A stretch of DNA of 64,000 nt from the human T2T-CHM13v2.0 reference genome, Homo sapiens: assembly GCF_009914755.1 (NCBI RefSeq), contig NC_060930.1. One strand, given 5' to 3'. Both the position numbers and the translations under genes were made by a program. This document shows, piece after piece, positions 12,471-24,900 of this stretch. How positions within the stretch are numbered: the first letter of the stretch is position 1; each line of letters starts with the position of its first letter. The notes under the pieces were generated by a model, which saw nothing but the letters and a program-made list of their open reading frames with translations, ran no database searches and was not told where the DNA came from.

Positions 12471-15400
12471 AGAATTATTGTTTCAAAAACAGCATAGTCT
12501 TGAAGTCTTCCTGGAAGAGAGTTCCTCCGTAATTTTCACACATCAAAGTGATAATGAAGCGAATTCAGACGTCCATTTTTTAACTCAACAGTTGAAACAA
12601 ACTCATCTTAAATTCTTTAGCTGAACTACATTGAAGAGTTGGGAGATTAAATTATGCTTTACTGTATGACATTTTGTATCACAAATCACAAGTTTCAGAC
12701 TGAAGAGTCTGTTGCTCCTGATTTAACCCATATTGAGTTTGCATGTTGAGAAAGCATTGATTTTTGCTTAGAGAAGCAGGATAATCTGATTTCTTGACTC
12801 TACCAATATCTAGTTGTGAGCTACAAATTATATAATCTTTCTACTTCATATTCCTTCTCTTTATGAGATACAGACTAGTTTACTATCTTCCCCTTTCTCA
12901 TAGGAATTGTGTAGCTTGGAATGTTGTCTTGCATAAGACTAAATATTGCTTCGTGATTCTTAATAGAAAACAAATTCATAAAAGCAGTTGAAGGAATAAG
13001 TTGTTCAGCTAAGAGGCCATATTAATTATTTAAAAATCTCACCAGAAATCATTACTATTTGATGTAAAGAGGACTGATGAATTTATAGAATTACAGGTTT
13101 TTTTATTTACAAATAGCTGTGGAAATATATTTGTGTTTTAATACAAAAATACATCAAGGATTAATATCAAATTTTGTATAATGTCATCACTTGTGAGAAA
13201 AGAAATCAGCAAGCATATCCATAAGATCTTCTCAAGAATTTTCTTCTATATGGACAGCAATTAAGCAATGACTTCACCTTTAGATTAAACATTTGTGAGA
13301 TAAAATTTATAGAAGTTCATATATAAATAATTAATCATGAGCATTTTTGCTTAAGCGTTAGCCATGTTTAAAAGATTGTAGATGTGTGTGTATCTGAATG
13401 AGTGAGACAGCCTGTAAAACACAGAGTACAATAAATATAAGGAAATATTTCATAATTAAAAAATCATGAAAGAAATTACTTCAGAAGATGTGTGGCTCTT
13501 CCTCATATTTTTAGCTATGCATAAAGACTAAATCACATTCTAAAGACCATCAGAACAAGACATTTCTGGCTATCTCACTGATGTGTATTAGATTCTTATT
13601 CAATAAATTATTCTTAAATTTTAAACTCAATTTCCTTGTGCTATACTTATTCAGAATGGTAGCAAACTAGTCCATCTCATGTTACAGTCCATAATTATTT
13701 GATTCATGGCATCTGAGGTGCAAAGTGATCTCTTAGATCTGATTTTAAAACCATTAATATATATGTTTCATTTCTTAAATTTGTTATAGTTGATGACATC
13801 CCCCTCTATTTATAGAATCCCTCAGAAATTACTTTATCTTAATGTGTACAATTTCACTGGGGAAGACCAAAGTTCTTGCGCTGATACCTTAACTGATAAT
13901 AACAACATATTGCTAAAATAGTAACTTCTTTTAACGTGTTAAAGCTCATATTTGGTCACACTTTAGCACAACAAATTCTTCTCCAATTTGCATCTGTTTC
14001 TTTCTTCCTTCTGGTTGTGTACTGAAGTTATATCTCAGCTAAAATTATGCCATTTTGGTATTAAATAATTGTTTTTAAAATGTAGCTGGTTATATGGCAC
14101 ACACAATATCTTGGAGATATGACTGAACTAATAAAGAAGAGAACAACTAAAATTATTTTTTTAAAGCTCATAAAACACCCTTAGGGAACAGTAGCCAATT
14201 TCTGTCATGAAGTCTGGGCCAACTGGAAACCAGGCCTGTTTGATCACAAGATGAATACAGTCTTCCCTGTAAGTTTCATTCTCCAATCACTCATTCTCTT
14301 AGCTGTGATTGTCACTGAGAAACTCCTCATCAGTCCCTTTGACCACCTTCTCTGTCTGTCTTTTAAGTACATGAGAACTTCTGGACACTTATATAAGCTG
14401 AGAAAAACACATTTCCAGGCCCTCTTTCAGCTTATCACTCTGATCCAACAAGGATGTTTTGAGGATGCTGTGCCTCCAGTGCCTCCTTCCAGAGTCATAC
14501 AAGGGAAGGGAGTCAACAGAATTATCTCTTCCTGCAGGGTTTAGCATACCTACTGGATGCTTGTAACACCTCTTTCTTTCCTCAAGACTGGTCTCCAAAT
14601 GAGAAGGAAAAAGAAAGAGCCAAGAATGCTACAGCCTGCCTTTTTTTATTTATAACGCTTTCTTCACCATTCTTGGTAAGGTTATACTTTTATCCTTTTG
14701 TGTCATTCTTCATTCTTCTTTTAGTCCAGCCTCAGATTAAGCTTATTTAGCAGAAATTTGTGATTCTTACATAAATCATATATTATATATATTCTATATA
14801 TATATATAAAAATATATAATTCAGGCTTGGTCCACAATATGTTATCTAGAAGCTTTAGGAAATTAGCAACTCTCTCTTGCCACAAACCTTGGTTTTCAAG
14901 CTAATGCCTTGTTCTAAGCTTAGCTACCTATCCCCCTTCCCTAAAGGGCCCTCCCAAATAAGGAGATTGAAGTTAGAAATAAAGTATAATTAAGAGGAAA
15001 TCAAAACAGAATACTTCAATATTTTAAAAAATATTATCTTTGTCTTCTTCAACACAAGCTGTACAGGAAGACAATAATTTAAATTTTTGAACAGATTCAC
15101 TCCATTCGGTTACTTCTGCTTACAGCCCCTGAAAACTTTCTTTTCTTTTTTGATATATTACACAATCTTTCACTTAAAAAAAAACAGAACTTATGAAATA
15201 AATGATATATATAGAATAAACCTCTAATTAAGCACACAGGCAGACAGATGGACACACAGACAGACACACACACACACACAAATATTGATTTAAAAACCAT
15301 AAATAAGCATTGTCACAAAAAACTACAATGTGTTTTATTATTAATGTAAAATACATTCACATCTTTGAATAGTTCGGTGAGAAATTACTAATTTTAACTC

Positions 15401-16439
15401 ACAAGCCAATGCATATTTGCTAGTAGTTTCTGCGAGGAGCTCATTGTAGAGACAAGTTATAGGTGAAATGTCCTGAACCATTTTGGCCATGAGTAGAAGG
15501 TGATGTAATAATCATCTATTTTCATATATGATATAGGCAATCCAGTTGTGACCAGAATATCGTTGCTCTCAGGGAGTCACTGTCTTCTTCCTTCTAATTC
15601 TATAAATTCAAGCCCCATGCCGCACCTATATTTGCCATACGCACAAAACATTTTCTTACCCTAGACTCATTTGTAAATCACAGTGTCCTTAGAATCTTTT
15701 TGGACTCATTCAGAGTTTGGTCTTGAAATTACAGAAAATTGCTGCTTCAAACATACAGTACCCATGACTCTACTGCCACAGCTCTAGCTAATTTCCTGTC
15801 TTGCTGCAATGGCACAAATCTGTGCAAATGCTGGAAATTCAGAAACTTATCATTTAGTGAAAATAAGTTCTTTTACAGCCTTTCTTAAATAGTTTTTGCA
15901 AAATGCTTTCTGATTATATACACTTTCTTCTATGTGATTGAAAGGCTTGAAAGCATTTTTCATTCATTAAGTATTTATTGAGTGACTACTATAGGACATG
16001 CACTGTTTCCACTTTAGTCTAAGTTTGCCTGGAAGTCTTTCTTCAAATTTATATAAGCACAATTTCCTTCATTATTTTTTTTCTTGTTTTCTCCTACCAA
16101 ACATCCTCCCTAGTATTGAGGATTTAAAGTACTTCCCTGGAAAACAAAATACTGCCTTCAGAAGATTATAGTTTTAGTATTTCGTATTCAGTAGTATAGA
16201 AAATATGTATTATTCTAAACTTGAAGAATATTTTGTAATCATTTAAATTCCCAGCATATTAAAAAATAGCTTTTCCTGTCTACTTTAATAAACCTACGAC
16301 CTCTAATTTAAAAAGAAAAATCTTTTTCACTCAACAAAAACCACAGATCCTGATACTCTAGGATAGTATTAAGGATTAAGAAGAGACAGAAGGGCCAGCA
16401 TCAAACATAGAATGTTAAGGCTCATAAGACAAGATCCAT

Positions 16440-16495
16440 ACTTACCTATGATGGGAAACAAATATATAAGCAAACAAAATATACAATTCATTAGG
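16440..16495 (-). other. Candidate 3' splice site fused to a consensus 5' splice site (recursive-splice-like)
   Basis: Minus strand CCTAATGAATTGTATATTTTGTTTGCTTATATATTTGTTTCCCATCATAG|GTAAGT: branch-like CTAAT, AG-free pyrimidine-rich tract, TAG then GTAAGT. Motif only, no expression evidence. Confidence 0.35.
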
Positions 16496-17988
16496 TTGTT
16501 TTTTAAATATTTCTCCTTCAAGTGGAGTCAGTAAACACATATTGGGGAAAACAACACAATATAATGAGATACGTAATTTCAATCAAAAGTTGTACAAGTA
16601 AATTCACACAAACACGCACACACACACACACACACACTCCATAAAGATAAATGCCCACATGTGCAATAGACAATTGTTGATTCAAAACAAACGTTTTGCT
16701 TCCACCCACAGGCAGAGGAAAGTAGTGACTCCAGTCATACTGCATTTCCTTTTCATCACCTGAAAAGCCATGTGTTTATGTTGAATACAGAATAGTGTGT
16801 TAGGCACGTTCAGCTATCACAATCACAAATTATTTAGGTTGACTGAGAAGATATACTACCTGTGATGACTGTTGATCTCAATACTACAGTAATTTCACAG
16901 TATAACTTACGTACATAATACATGCAAGTCTATAAATTCCTTTCCAAAGAGTTTACCCTGATCCCCAACTGTTACCCAGTTTAGCAGATATCAATGTGTA
17001 GCTTTGATGTGAAATGCCAATATGCCTGTGAAACTGCAGGTTTATATTATAAAGAGTTCTGACAACTTGCCCAAGTAGAAGAAGCTGTAAAACCAAGATT
17101 AGACAGTTGCGTTAAAAATAAGAATAGTCTTGATCACTTAGAGTAATTTGATCACATATGTAATATAGAACCTTAAATGGCAAGGGAGGTATAAAATGTA
17201 TAACTTTTGCATTAAAACTGTCATGACTGTATGACAAAGTAACTCGATTTAAGATACAAAATAGATATTATCAAAATATACAGGGGTCTCCTGATTATTC
17301 ATAGAAAAGAAAAAAATAATTTAAAAATTTATATAATTCCTATGCATAATTTTCCCTAATGTTTCAGCATTGTTACTTAAAAAATCTTTTCAAATATCTA
17401 GATGTTGGTTAAGGAAAGAAGCAGCAAATAAATAGAGATACTGTGGTATAAACATGGAATATAACATATGAATAAATGTTTTAAATTATATATAGGAGAA
17501 AATCAATTTTATAACTCATAAGTACTTTTACAAATGTAACTACAACTGGTTTTAAATTAATATTTTTGATAATTTATAGTTTAGAAAGATTTTTCAAAGT
17601 TTCAACAAAAGCTTTGAAACTGACTGTGCTTATTGCTTTATTTGTCAAATTATGTCTCTCTCCAGCCAAACTAAATACAATCTAAGTACCCCTCTTCTCG
17701 CCAAGGCATACTGTATGTAAGCTTTCATTTTATCTCTTTTAGACTTTCTGTTTGTATACATTTTTGCTTATTTTTAGATTTTATAAGAAAAAAAGAATAA
17801 ATATCAGCCACAAGGCTAGTTTCCCAAGTCTTCTGTTCCTGCCTGAAAAGTTGAAGAAACTATCAGTGAACTTTTCTTTCACTATCCCCATCATCCTGTA
17901 AGGAATAAATAATTTCCAGAGCATGAGTCACAACATTTTATGTTAGTTCAAACAATTCTATGACACCAACGAAACAGGTATTTAATAG

Positions 17989-19012
17989 CAAGATATTCGC
18001 TACTAAAAAACAGCACAATATTTGCATTAGTCTTACATAATTGAACTCTTAAAAGTAAGCAGCATGTGTACCCATTTCACTAAGCCATTCCACAGAAAGA
18101 AGAAGATATTTTTGGCCAAAAATGTAATTTCTTGAATACTTGATAAAGAAAATATCTTTTGTTCTTTTTAAATTAAAGCTAGTCCATTATTCAGAGCTAG
18201 GAAATGTTCAGAGTATGGAAATGGAAAATATTTTGAATGACTGGTTAATTGTTAAGGCATAAAGATAAGATTCAGTTACAAAGATAATATTGGTAACACA
18301 AGCAGCAATTTGTATTGTGTAATAATTAAGTGTTCAGTCATTTTCTATGTTCTTTGTATCAGTTAACTCATTTAGGTTTCTGGCTGATTAATATCCACAG
18401 ATGTAGAAACTGGACCACAAATAAGTCAGGTAACTTGTCCAAGTTCATATTAGTGTTACAACTGACTTCAGCTTGGAATTTTAACCAATGGGTTATAGGA
18501 CGACTCTAAATTTTACATGTGGAAGAAAATGAAACCTGCCCCTCTGAGACTAATGTGCATAATGTCCAAACTCCCCATTTATGTAATAAATGAAGTAAAA
18601 GTATTGTGACATGTGATTATAATAAATTTCTGGATAGTAATAATAACATCCACACATTTGATCAAAATGAATCAATTGTATGTAAAAAGCAAACCTTGAA
18701 TGTTTTCTAGGGACCTTCACTACAAGGGAATAAGAAGTGGAGATGTGTGGATCTATATAGATCCCATGAAACAGAGAAAAATGGGATGCAATGAATTCAC
18801 TGGTGGACAAGGAGTGTGATTATGTATTCCAAATTTCATGTCAAGGTTCCCATGTGGCCCACACTATTATTTCTAACCTAAAATGTCTGAGATTGCCTGG
18901 TGAGCTTGTAGATTGATACCTGTTAGGTATCAAGAGCTAAAATTTCACACACATCAAGATATTTGCTATTAAAAAACAGTAAAATATGTGCATTAGTCTT
19001 ACATAATTGAAC
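17989..19012 (+). repeat. Dispersed 58-bp direct repeat (17989-18046 and 18955-19012)
   Basis: 53/58 identical, ungapped, 966 bp apart; shared core TGCATTAGTCTTACATAATTGAAC. Confidence 0.92.
18295..18510 (-). mobile_element. MIR SINE
   Basis: TTAACTCATTTA...ACAGATGTAGAAACTG...GTAACTTGTCCAAGTTCA antisense MIR core. Confidence 0.7.
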
Positions 19013-19349
19013 GAATCAGTTCGATTTTTCTGAATCAGGAACACTGATAAAGCAAATTGTTTACCTGCTAGACTATGTTTGGAAAACTTGCCAGTTTGAG
19101 TTTTATAGAGTTTGATTTTTGGCCAAGTGCAATTCAGAGACTTTCTATTGAGTCTTTCTAAAATGTTACTTAAGTCCTCATGTAATTTTCCCACTTACAT
19201 AAATAAATTACCCCCTACCAAATAATGTTACATACAATATAAAACTCTTCAAAATCTTATCCAGACACTTGGCATTGTCCCTAAAAACTTCTCGTTTAAA
19301 GAGTGAAGTTGTGGTAATTGGCGATGGATTCTCACTATTCATACACTAG

Positions 19350-19724
19350 TACTATAGTTTAACTGTGTCCCACAAAAATCATGTGTTGAAAACTTAATCT
19401 CATTCAACAGTGTTGAAAAATGAGGCCTAATGAGAGATGATTAGGCCATGAGGGATCTGCCCTCATGAAAAGATTAATGTCATTCCTGCATTATTGTAGG
19501 ACTGACTTCCTCATCTCAGCAGTGGAGTGAGCTTGGCCCTCTGTTTTCTCTCTCCCTTTCTCTCTTCTTCTGCCATGAGATGACAAAACAATGCTCTCAC
19601 AAGATGCCTGCCCATTGATCTTGAACTTTCCAGCCTCCAGAGTCCTGAGTCAATAACTTTCTGTTCATTATAAATTACCCAGCCTTGGACATTCTGTTAT
19701 CACAGCATGAAACAAACGAGGGCG
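19350..19724 (+). mobile_element. MST-family (MSTC/MSTD-like) MaLR solo LTR
   Basis: TCATGTGTTGAAAACTTAAT...GATTAGGCCATGAGGGATCTGCCCTCATGAA...CCAGCCTCCAGA...ATAAATTACCCAG...TTCTGTTAT. Confidence 0.85.
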
Positions 19725-19884
19725 AATAGTGTATGTTTTATCTACCCTCCTAAAGTCTTCAGTCCTCAACCAGCTTCTATTTTCTTGTCATCCAAGAAAT
19801 CTAAATTTTGCAGACCTTGGAATGAACTGTTATTTGGCCTTAGGCAAATTATTTAACATTTCAGAGTATTAGCTTTCTTATCTG

Positions 19885-20084
19885 TAATATATATATATGT
19901 ATCTCTCATCCATAATATATATATAGTGTGTATATGTGTATATGTGTGTATAATGCAAATATACATATGTATATTTGATAAATACTCATCGGTTGTGATA
20001 TAAATGTATAGACACATCGATTAAATATATAAAAATACATGCGGCACATTTTTATTTATACAAAATATACGTGGTGTGTATATA

Positions 20085-20115
<31 letters not shown>

Positions 20116-20118
20116 ATA
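19885..20118. repeat. (TA)n/(TG)n low-complexity microsatellite region
   Basis: Interspersed TATA and TGTG runs ending in a (TG)n tract near 20091-20115. Confidence 0.85.
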
Positions 20119-21009
20119 AACACATAGAAAGTTTTGTTATAAGTGAACTGCCTGATATATAAACTGATAAATATTAGACACTTATGAATGCTTTTAATTG
20201 AATTAAGAAGCAACCAAAAATAGAAAAAAAGAAAAAGCATGCTGCATATCAGCATTCTATTCTGAATACTGGGTTTGCTCCTTAAGAATATTACTGTGTT
20301 ATTTTTTAATAATGGTGTCCAAGGCTGGCAGACACTTACACATAGTAAAGAGGAAAATTCTCATCTTTCCATGAAGACATTTTTAAAAAGCAAATAATAA
20401 AATGCATTTTATATTTTCGTTAGACTGTTCTAATTCTCATGGATATGATATTGAGCTGATCCAAATGTAATAACATGAAAAATCAATGAGATCTTCAAGG
20501 TCAGAAACCACATGTATCAGAAGAAAGTGATATTAATATTGATACAACTCTCAGGATTCAATATCTTAATATGCAAATTAACTTAAATTGTATCAGATTT
20601 CATTAACTGATTCTAAAAATTAATATGAGTATTATTTGTTTTAACATGTTTGTAGCTTCACAGACTAGAAAAAAAAGTTTAGTGCAAGAAGTTTTATGTT
20701 GCCCTTCCCTTTACCTGGAGCACTCTTACTCCACAGATCCCCTTGCTTCGTCTCTTGCTATTCAGGCCTTTGTACACTTGTCACCCCTCAAGGAGCACCC
20801 TGGCTAAAATTTCACACCCATCAGTCTTTTTTTGCTGGTAACTTTTCATTACCTGATATTATATCACGTCTTTTATTTTACTTGTGTATAGTACCAATCC
20901 CTGGGAAAATATAGGGAATAGACCTTTTTCTCTTTGGCCCACTGTCAAGAGAGGAGTTAGGAGACAACCTAGTACATACCAGATTCTTAACAAGAAATAG
21001 ATCTGATTA

Positions 21010-24000
21010 TATCATCTTAGATTATTTTTGACTCTTCTTAAATTTTATATAAATATAAATATACAGTATGTACTCTCTGAAAGCTTACCTTTTTCACTCA
21101 GCCAAACATTTTTTGGGGGGATTAATAATGGCCCTGACTATCACAGTATTTTGTTCATTTTATTATTGAGTAGTATGCAATTCTAGGAATACACCACAAT
21201 ATTATACATCATCATGTCTTTAGATGGTGAATATTTGGGTTGTTTTCACCTTTTGGTTATTATTAATAAAGCTGTTAGAAATATAAGTATTGCCGCAGAT
21301 ATATTTTTTATTAATCATGTGGAATTGCTGTCAATGTTAAATGGGTGCTAAATTTTATAAGAAACTGCCAAACTGTTTTCCAAAGTGCTTTTAATATCTT
21401 ATACCTCCACCAGTGACATATGAAAATTTCATTTCCCCCGGATCCAAGGAATCAACTGGTATTGTCTATCTTTTTAACTTGGGGCATTCTAATGTGTGAA
21501 TGAAATACTGTTTTGGATCATATTGTGGTTAAAGTTTGTACATCCTAATGCCAAATATTTACCTGTATTATTAGCCATCATATATCTTCTTTCAGGCAAT
21601 TATTAAATAACAAGTTTACTTTTCTTATTTGAGTGCGTTGTCTTCTAATTATGAGATTATATGATATTTGAATGTGTTTTAGACACATAGTTCTTGTCAG
21701 ATAAATGTATTGAGAATGTTTTTCTCTGCCTGTGTTTTATTTCTCCATTTTTGAGGGATTTGTTTCAAAGAACCAAAAGGTTTAAATATTTTTGAAGACC
21801 AGATTAAAAATTTTTATTTTATAGTCCTTGTATTTTGAGTATTATCTAAAGCTATGGACCTGCCTCAAGGATATGAAGTTTTGTTTTTATTCCCTATGTT
21901 TTTCATTTTACATTTAGATATATGTTCCATTTTGAATTTAATTTCCTCTTTTCGAATGTCTCAGTTTTTAAATTTAGTTAATTGTTATTTAAACATTTTT
22001 TATTTTCAGGTATAAGCATATAAAAATACAAATTTCAATGCAAGCACCACTTTAACTGTATCCTGCAAATTTGGGTATTTAGTGCATTCATTTCTTTTCA
22101 GTTCAATTGTTTTTAATATTTCCTTTGAGATTTTTTATTTGACTGAAGGAGTACTTACCAGTGTATTATTTAATTTGCAGATATTTCAAAATTTTCTTAT
22201 TTTACAATTTATTTTCACTTTCCCCAAAGAATAAACTCTGTAATATTTATTGTTTTTGAGATTTACATGCCCTAGCACATAATCTATCTTGGTGAATCTT
22301 CTTTGTAGACTTGAAAAGGATATGTATTGTTTAACTGTTGGATGTAGTAGTGGTAATATCAGTTAGGTCAAGCTGATTACAGTATTGCACAATTAATGCA
22401 ACAAGTTAACAAAACTATAATTCTGTTTACTGAATGTCTCTGGTGTTATTACCTTTATGTATTTAACATATAATATGTATACATATACACATTATAACCA
22501 CTATGTACAATATAGTTTTTCTTTAAATGTCTAGTGTTCTTTAAAGGAATTGGAAGAAGACAAAAAATATTTTTATTTTTACCAACTTATTTACCATTTC
22601 TAATCCTATAGATTTCAATTTCCAACTAATTTTCTTTCAGTCCGAAGTAAATTTTATTATTTGTAGTTGTGGAGGCCTAATAATTAATTCAACATTAATT
22701 TATCTGAAAAACTACTTATTTTACCCTGGACATATAAATCTGTAATGACAGGTTTTTTTTTTTTTTCAGCACTTTAAAGGTATCCTCCCATTTCCATTTA
22801 TCTTCTACTGTATGTGATATACACTGAGTTGTCATTTAAATTTTTGTTTCCCTTGATATAATATGCTCTTTTTTTCCTAGCTGCTTTCAAAATTTTCCTT
22901 TGATCTTTTCTTTTAAACTGATGAATATGAAGTGTTTAGATATAAATTTCTTTATATTTAACCTGCTCAAGGCTCACCGAACATCTTGAATCTGTACATC
23001 AACGTTCTTCATCAAATTTGGGAAACTTTGGCCATTTTTTCTTCAAATGTTTTTCTGCTTCATTGTTACTTTCTTCTCTGTGTGATGCTTTAATTACACA
23101 TATGTTCAACTTTTTAGTATTGTTCTGCAGGTCCCTCAGGATCTTTCCCTTGGTATTGAATAATTTTGTCTCCGTTTTTCAAATTAGATTGTTTTTACTA
23201 GACTATCTTTAAGTTCATTGACCTTTCTTTCTACCATTGCTATACTATTCTTAAGCTCATCCAGTGATTTTTTTTATTTCAATTATATGTTTTAGCTCTA
23301 CAATTTTCACTTGGTCCTTTTTATACATTCCATTTATTTGCTATATTTCCCTGTTTACTCATTACATCCACATTTTCCTATGAATATTTCAACATATTTT
23401 CCCCTCGATATATTTTGGTAGTAGATTTAAAGACTGCTAATTCCAATATTGAGCTCTCTTCAGAGTCAATTTCTATTTTTTTCTTGTTCATGGGTAACAT
23501 TTTCTTTTCTTTCTTTCTTTTTTTGGACACTACACTTAACACTGACTGTACACTTAACATTGCCAATGTATTTTGTGAAGACCATAGATTTTAACTTGTT
23601 AAGGCTTATTTTCAACATATCATTAGGGTGGACCTGTGGAAAACATAAGGTATTTTTTAAGCCTCTAACTGAATAGGAAACTGTTGAAGGCCGAAAGAGT
23701 GAGGGTCGTGATTAACTCAGCATACCACTGGAGGCTATATGAGTAAACAGCAAACTGTTCTCATGAAAGCAGGTTGTTAGCAAACTGACAAACTGTGGCT
23801 GCCAGCCAGAAGGAATCCTGAGGGCAGTCACGACCCAGGCACTAGTGTTTCTTCTGATTAGGCACATCTGAAGCCTGTTAGCCATAATATGAACCTGTGA
23901 TCAATCAAGCAGCTGACCAGTTGTTAGCTACTCCTGCCTGCTTTTTCTACCCAATAAATACAAAGGGCTGTGGAAGCTCAGTGTGGTGGCTGCCTTTGCT

Positions 24001-24900
24001 CACTAGAAGCAGTGAGCTCTCTTCTTCTTCCCCTGGCCCCTTCCTTTAAAACAGTTTCTTTTGTCTTTAAGTTTTCATTTCTATGTTCGGTTTGCCCCTT
24101 CCTTCAGTCTTGTAATGACAGTCTCAAGTAGTAACAGTAGTAACTGTTGTAATGATGGTTTCAAGTAGTAACAATAATAACTGTCACAGTGACAGTCTCA
24201 AGTAGTAACTGTGGCAGTCTGCCACAGGAAACACTTTCTGAATCTGAAGTTCTACCAGGTGAACTTTATTAGGCTTGATTTTAGGAATTTTTATAATTAC
24301 TCTAGAGTAGACTATAAGAAACTGTTCTTACTCCTAATGCATAATCTTTTTATTGTTTTAGCTGAATACCTGGGATATCAACTCTCCTCTATTGCTGGGC
24401 CAGAATTCCAGTATCTTTCAGCATTGCTCAAACCCTAGTGTTTCTCTTCTGTTCTCAACTCTGTAATAATTGAGTCCCTACAAGAATATGTGCAGCTCAG
24501 CATGCAGTGAAGGCCTCAAAAACAAATTCTTCATAATTCTACTCTTCTTGACTCCCTTTGTCTGGTGACTTGAATATCTTATATATCTTATATTCTGGCT
24601 GCTTCAGAAGCCACAAGCTCTATTCTGTTTTCTCAGCTCAGAGGGATCACAGCACTTTTCTTGTGTTCAAGCTCTCTGAAACAAACTGGAACATAGTCCA
24701 AAAGTGCAGAAGTGTGGAGGCTGTATAGCCCATCTTGAGAGGGGATTGCAGGGTTCCCTTTTTTCAGGGATTGCAATCTCAAGTTGCCTATGATTCTATG
24801 CCTGAAACTAGTTGTCTTACGTATTTTGTTCAGATTTTATTTTATTTTATTTGGTGAAAGCACTAGCCCCACACCAGTGATCCTACAATCTCTGACAGAT
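21010..24900 (-). mobile_element. Old L1M (L1MC/L1ME-type) fragments, interrupted by an LTR at 23682-24226
   Basis: T-rich antisense L1 text: TATACAGTATGTACTC, GAAACTGCCAAACTGTTTTCCAAAGTG, ATCTATCTTGGTGAAT, CATCAAATTTGGGAAACTTTGGCCAT. Probably more than one element. Confidence 0.75.
23682..24226 (+). mobile_element. Solo ERVK-class LTR (LTR3-like, HML-6 group)
   Basis: 545 bp, TG...CA ends, exact 6-bp TSD GGAAAC (23676-23681, 24227-24232). The 5' sequence GGCCGAAAGAGTGAGGGTCGTGA..AACTCAG.ATACCACTGGAGGCTATATGAGTAAACAGCAAACTG matches my recollection of LTR3. Confidence 0.85.

Noticed and set aside
24110-24210. Three spaced repeats superficially like a CRISPR array
   Set aside because: Eukaryotic DNA, inside an LTR; the intervening sequences are related to each other and there are no cas genes.
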